DNA from: Promethearchaeota archaeon
GTDB lineage: Archaea > Asgardarchaeota > Lokiarchaeia > Sigyniarchaeales > SOKP01
Length of the DNA stretch: 64,000 bases
Direction: 5' to 3'
Assembly (NCBI GenBank): GCA_030599585.1
Contig: JAUVNS010000002.1
Location: 64,001 to 128,000 of the forward strand
The position numbers were made by a program, and so were the translations under genes. Shown here in pieces: positions 59,740 to 64,000 of this stretch. A model generated the notes under the pieces. It ran no database searches. It saw only the letters and a list, made by a program, of their open reading frames with translations, and was not told where the DNA came from. Every line of letters starts with the position of its first letter. Position 1 is the stretch's first letter.

Positions 59740-61992
59740 CTAAACAAAAGGTTGAAGTATTTTTTTATCTATTAACGAGAATATTGTTTCTATTTCCTTT
59801 GATTTGTAACCTTTATCTTGCATTAATTGTGTAGTAAAGCAGTATTCAGTCTTATTTTTTTTCATTAAATTTAAAGCTTTGTCGATCATTGCTCTCTCAT
59901 TTGTGTTGATTTTTGCTTTACCTACCTCTACAACTTTCAAAGGATAAAGAAAAGTTGTTCCTAAATGCTTTTTAAGTACTTCTTCAATTGTATTAAATGG
60001 GTTAAGATCCCCTTTGAATGTTTCAAGATAAGATCCGTATTTCTCTTCAATTTCAAAAGATAAAGCGCTAATTAAATCATAAAAAGATTCAGAAGGAAGC
60101 TCTTTCATTATTAAGATTAATCTGAAATTCTTGAACTCTGCCATAAGGATCTTTGAATTGTGGTAATCTAATTTAATGATTTGCGAATGTTCTTTAGAGC
60201 CCGTGAGCTCGATTCCAAAGGTACGTATTGCTTCTAGGAATCCAGAAAGTAACACCGTGTTCATTTTTTTCTCGGTGAAGACTTGATCGTATATATTTAA
60301 TGTAGATTTTTTTTCTATTATAAGCACATAATTCAGATTTAAAATGTCTATACATTTATCATAAATCGCCTCTTTTCGAGCGATTTTCTTTTTCTTATTC
60401 TTCTTTATTAATACATATGAAGTTGTAGAAACAGATAATGTAAGCCCGATAATTACTATTACTGAAGTAATAAGAAACCAATCAATAATGAGAGGTAAAG
60501 TTATCATAAAAACCTGAGTCGTTAACCCAGCATCAGTACCATTGAACCAATAAATATACGCTTTATATTCACCATCTACTGCTGTTTGTGGTAAAGCATA
60601 AGTAAAGGAAGAGGTGTCATAGGGGATCGTTTTGTTATCTGTATAAATTATGTCATCAAAGGTATCCGTTAAAACGAAGGTATAATCTCCGTTCATAATA
60701 GGCTCGGAGATAAAGAATTTCAATTCTTGACCTGCTAAAAATTCAGTTCGATCAACATCTAAAGCGAATGAAGTCGTGCTTGAATTAGCGGATATTAGCC
60801 AATCAGCCCCAGTTTGAATTGTATTGTTCGGAATTAAAATAAAATGATCAAGTTGATTGAATAGAATTTGAGATGTTACATCTATATCATCCCTACTCAC
60901 CCTAATGTCAGTCCAACTCTCGTGAAAATTGAATTTAATGGAATAATTACTAAAACTCTTTGCAACTATAGGGTTTACTGTCCAAAGATTATCTCTATTT
61001 TCTTGTATTTTAACACTCCCATTGGAGTTCAAGTTTTTTATTAATTTAATATGATATGACACATTAAACAAAATTTCAACGGAAATATTATTTTCAATAT
61101 GAATTTTGATGAAATCTTCGGATGAAGCGTAATTAATCCCGGAAATATTCAAATATCCCAATCCAGGCAAAATTGAGTTTGAAATTTGATAAGCTCCACC
61201 ATTAAGTCTCGCAGTCATATTAATTTCTTCTGGAGAATAGCTCCTATTTACTTTTTGTATTAATTTATATAAATAAGGTTCATTTTGAACTCCGTTAAGC
61301 CATTGATTCTCATATTCAGAAGAATGTAAATTAGGATTCGTTGGATCAAAATCGTTGTAAGCCCAATAAAAATCAGTAGACGGACTAATAATGTTAGAGC
61401 CATTTAGTACTAAATAATAATTACCAGGAGAGAGAGATATGGGATTTGAAAAATTCTGTAAATACCATCCTCGATCCATAGATACATTAAAATTAACTGA
61501 ACTATAGATAGTAGAATTGGGGTTATTATTTAAATTATCGTATCCCCTCAATTGAACATCAATCATTTCAGTAGTTTCAGGAGATTTGGATCCATATATG
61601 TATACTCCTTTAATTATAGTTGCTTCTGTGAGATTAATTTGCACTCCGAGAGCATACATTTTTTGTGCAGGATTTCTGTCAAAGATACGACCAGCATTAC
61701 TATATTCTCGATCTTCAATTGTTTTTATTTCTCGCTCTAACTTAATATCAGTGAAATTCAATTGAATATCAGTAAGATTCCAAGAAGAGGAAGGTATTTC
61801 TATATCAATGGAACCTACATTTTCACTAGTACCATTTTTTTCCCCAAGCTCGAGCATTGAAAAATTAGTTGGAATGGTTAAAGAATCTCCATTACTTTGA
61901 GCGTTAACATTATTTAGGCGGAAATTTAACCCAAGTAAAAAAATCAGCAATAAAATGTTAATAATGATTAATCCTTTTGTTTTCCTCAACAA
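59740..61992 (-). CDS. Single-pass surface protein with longin-like cytoplasmic domain (paralog 3)
   Basis: Signal peptide; TM followed by KKNKKKK; LIIEKKSTLNIY...LLSGFLEAIRTFG. Confidence 0.8.
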   Translation of the reverse strand: MLRKTKGLIIINILLLIFLLGLNFRLNNVNAQSNGDSLTIPTNFSMLELGEKNGTSENVGSIDIEIPSSSWNLTDIQLNFTDIKLEREIKTIEDREYSNAGRIFDRNPAQKMYALGVQINLTEATIIKGVYIYGSKSPETTEMIDVQLRGYDNLNNNPNSTIYSSVNFNVSMDRGWYLQNFSNPISLSPGNYYLVLNGSNIISPSTDFYWAYNDFDPTNPNLHSSEYENQWLNGVQNEPYLYKLIQKVNRSYSPEEINMTARLNGGAYQISNSILPGLGYLNISGINYASSEDFIKIHIENNISVEILFNVSYHIKLIKNLNSNGSVKIQENRDNLWTVNPIVAKSFSNYSIKFNFHESWTDIRVSRDDIDVTSQILFNQLDHFILIPNNTIQTGADWLISANSSTTSFALDVDRTEFLAGQELKFFISEPIMNGDYTFVLTDTFDDIIYTDNKTIPYDTSSFTYALPQTAVDGEYKAYIYWFNGTDAGLTTQVFMITLPLIIDWFLITSVIVIIGLTLSVSTTSYVLIKKNKKKKIARKEAIYDKCIDILNLNYVLIIEKKSTLNIYDQVFTEKKMNTVLLSGFLEAIRTFGIELTGSKEHSQIIKLDYHNSKILMAEFKNFRLILIMKELPSESFYDLISALSFEIEEKYGSYLETFKGDLNPFNTIEEVLKKHLGTTFLYPLKVVEVGKAKINTNERAMIDKALNLMKKNKTEYCFTTQLMQDKGYKSKEIETIFSLIDKKILQPFV

Positions 61993-62375
61993 TAAACCCC
62001 TAGCTTCCGATAATAAAAAATAATATTTTTTTGATTATTTTAATAGAGATAATAGAATCTCCTAAAAAATTTAATCTAAAACTTCTAATTTCGTTATAAA
62101 CGAACAAAAAGTTCTTTATGTCTTTTTTATAGGTAATATGAAATTAGCCATTTATATATTTAAAGTATAAATTTCTCCGCTTATTCAAAGAACAAAAAAG
62201 AAGTTCCGTCTTTTTAAACATAAATCCACTTTCGGGTAATTTACTTCAATTTTTAGATTTAATATTTGCTACTATATTGAAGAACATTTGAAAAAACAAT
62301 TTAAGTAAAAAAGAGATATTATTTTAATACGAAGACTGTTATTTTTCAATTGAGCAAAAGAAACCTTCAATTATC

Positions 62376-63626
62376 ATGATAAAAAAGTCGTTAAAAAAGC
62401 CAGAATTACTCGCTCCAGCACAAGATTGGACTTCCTTAAGAAATATTACTGGATTAGCTGATGCGATTTATTTTGGTGTCAAGAAATATAATATGAGGGC
62501 TAAAGCTAAAAATTTCGAAAGAAGTGAACTTAAAGAGATCGTAAAATTCTGTCATCATCAAAAACCACCATTGAAAGCATATTTAGCGACAAATGTTTTA
62601 ATTTACGATTCTGAATTGCAGGATTTAGAGAAATTGATACTAGAAGCGAAAAAAGCAGGTATAGACGCTATAATTGCTCACGATTTAGCGGTAATAAAGT
62701 TTGCTAAACGCCAAAAGCTAAGATTTCACATCTCAACCCAAGCAAATGTATCTAACGTTGAATCTGCTAAGTTTTTTGAAAATATAGGCGCTGAGAGAAT
62801 TATTTTAGCCAGAGAGCTATCTCTTAAACAAATAAAGCTTATCAAACATCATTTAACTAAGACACAAATTGAATGCTTTGTTCACGGTTCAATGTGCACT
62901 TCGATTTCAGGTAGATGCTATCTATCAGCTACAATTTGTGATTCTGAAGAATTTTCAGCAAATCGAGGTAATTGTGTTCAGCCATGTAGAAGAGAGTGGC
63001 GAGTAATTGACGATGAAAATAATGAACTTATATACGATGGGCAAATGTTCTTGAACGCAAAAGATCTCTGTATGATTGAGTATATTCCAGAATTAATTGA
63101 AGCGAATATTAATGTTTTCAAAATTGAAGGTAGAATGAAAAATCCGCTATATATAGAAACAGTAACTAGATGCTACCGAGAAGCAATAGACAGTTATTTT
63201 GAAAATACTTTCTCAAAAGAAAAGGTTCGCGACTGGTTAGAGAGGTTAGCTAAAGTTTATAATCGCGGTTTTCACACTGGATTTTATTTTCAACGTCCAA
63301 CTATTGAAGATGTTGAATTAGAAAGAAGAGGAAATGTATCGCCATACCGAAAACATTATCTTGGAAAAGTTTTATCTTTTAATACAAACAGTATGACCGC
63401 AAATATATTGATTGAAATCAAGGAATTTAACTTAAAAATTGGAGATGAGATAATTGTTATCGGGAATGAAACATATCATCATCAAAAAATTAAGCATATG
63501 GTCTTTAAAGGGGAAAAAATTCAAAATATATATAAAAAACGGAACGATAATCCTTTTAAAGTGAATCTGCGTTTAAGTAATGAAGTTCAGAGAGATGATA
63601 AAATTTATATCATATATCAAACATAA
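62376..63626 (+). CDS. Peptidase U32 family protein (TrhP/RlhA-like Fe-S RNA hydroxylation)
   Basis: PELLAPA, HISTQAN, RIILARELS, FVHGSMCTSISGRC, NRGNCVQPCR, KIEGRMK. Confidence 0.9.
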   Translation: MIKKSLKKPELLAPAQDWTSLRNITGLADAIYFGVKKYNMRAKAKNFERSELKEIVKFCHHQKPPLKAYLATNVLIYDSELQDLEKLILEAKKAGIDAIIAHDLAVIKFAKRQKLRFHISTQANVSNVESAKFFENIGAERIILARELSLKQIKLIKHHLTKTQIECFVHGSMCTSISGRCYLSATICDSEEFSANRGNCVQPCRREWRVIDDENNELIYDGQMFLNAKDLCMIEYIPELIEANINVFKIEGRMKNPLYIETVTRCYREAIDSYFENTFSKEKVRDWLERLAKVYNRGFHTGFYFQRPTIEDVELERRGNVSPYRKHYLGKVLSFNTNSMTANILIEIKEFNLKIGDEIIVIGNETYHHQKIKHMVFKGEKIQNIYKKRNDNPFKVNLRLSNEVQRDDKIYIIYQT

Positions 63627-63684
63627 CTCAAATGGTCTAAATGAAGATTCTGATACATTTAAATAGTGAAGGTTGAAATAACAG

Positions 63685-64000
63685 ATGGATTACGAAGATA
63701 AGAGGAGTAAATTAGTTGAAAGTCTTAAAAAGAGAGCTTTTTTAACTAAACCCAGTGTAATCAAGGCTATGTTAAAGGTTCCAAGACATAAATTTTTACC
63801 GAAAGGTGCCATAGAATCGGCATACATAGACTCTCCACTTTCAATAGGAATAGGGCAAACAATTAGCGCTCCACACATGAACGCGATGATGTGTGAGCTT
63901 TTAGAACTTACAGAGGGAGAAAAAGTCCTTGAAATTGGAACCGGTTCTGGTTATCACGCTGCCTTATGTGCTGAGCTTGTAGCACCAGATTATTCTAAAA
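63685..64000 (+). CDS. pcm: Protein-L-isoaspartate O-methyltransferase (partial at window edge)
   Basis: Not in the ORF track. [14 protein letters not shown]...[10 protein letters not shown]...[20 protein letters not shown]...[13 protein letters not shown]. Confidence 0.95.
   Translation, partial: MDYEDKRSKLVESLKKRAFLTKPSVIKAMLKVPRHKFLPKGAIESAYIDSPLSIGIGQTISAPHMNAMMCELLELTEGEKVLEIGTGSGYHAALCAELVAPDYSK

Noticed and set aside
62102-62206. GAAC-N5-GTTC and GAAC-N9-GTTC resembling a LexA box
   Set aside because: The spacings are inconsistent and differ from the N4 consensus; likely chance.
63690-63878. 62-aa minus-strand ORF
   Set aside because: It is antisense to the clear pcm gene starting at 63685.

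Overview
AT-rich, gene-dense archaeal window, very likely from an Asgard archaeon of the Lokiarchaeia. This is inferred from two Rab-like small GTPases, five longin-like domain proteins, a gelsolin-domain protein, a RING protein, an IPGY-type C-terminal anchor and archaeal-type Ior and LeuACD enzymes. Most genes are metabolic or accessory: fatty-acid enzymes, Ior, Fe-S proteins, SDRs, MFS/ZIP transporters and a sulfatase cluster. I saw no rRNA, tRNA, CRISPR array or transposase. The main findings are: (1) an unannotated 33-codon leader ORF directly upstream of leuA-leuC-leuD, in which 11 of the last 12 codons are Leu (all six Leu codons used), followed by mutually exclusive RNA stems, making it a candidate leucine-sensing ribosome-mediated attenuator in an archaeon; (2) a candidate receptor-to-small-GTPase signalling kit of three paralogous single-pass ectodomain-TM-longin proteins, a tandem pair of 7TM-longin proteins, a Rab-like GTPase, a coiled-coil/Zn-ribbon protein and a RING protein; (3) four orphan DNA methyltransferases, two paired with DNA glycosylases; (4) three conserved genes whose N-termini are reachable only from non-canonical start codons. 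All family assignments come from reading motifs by eye; no searches were run.
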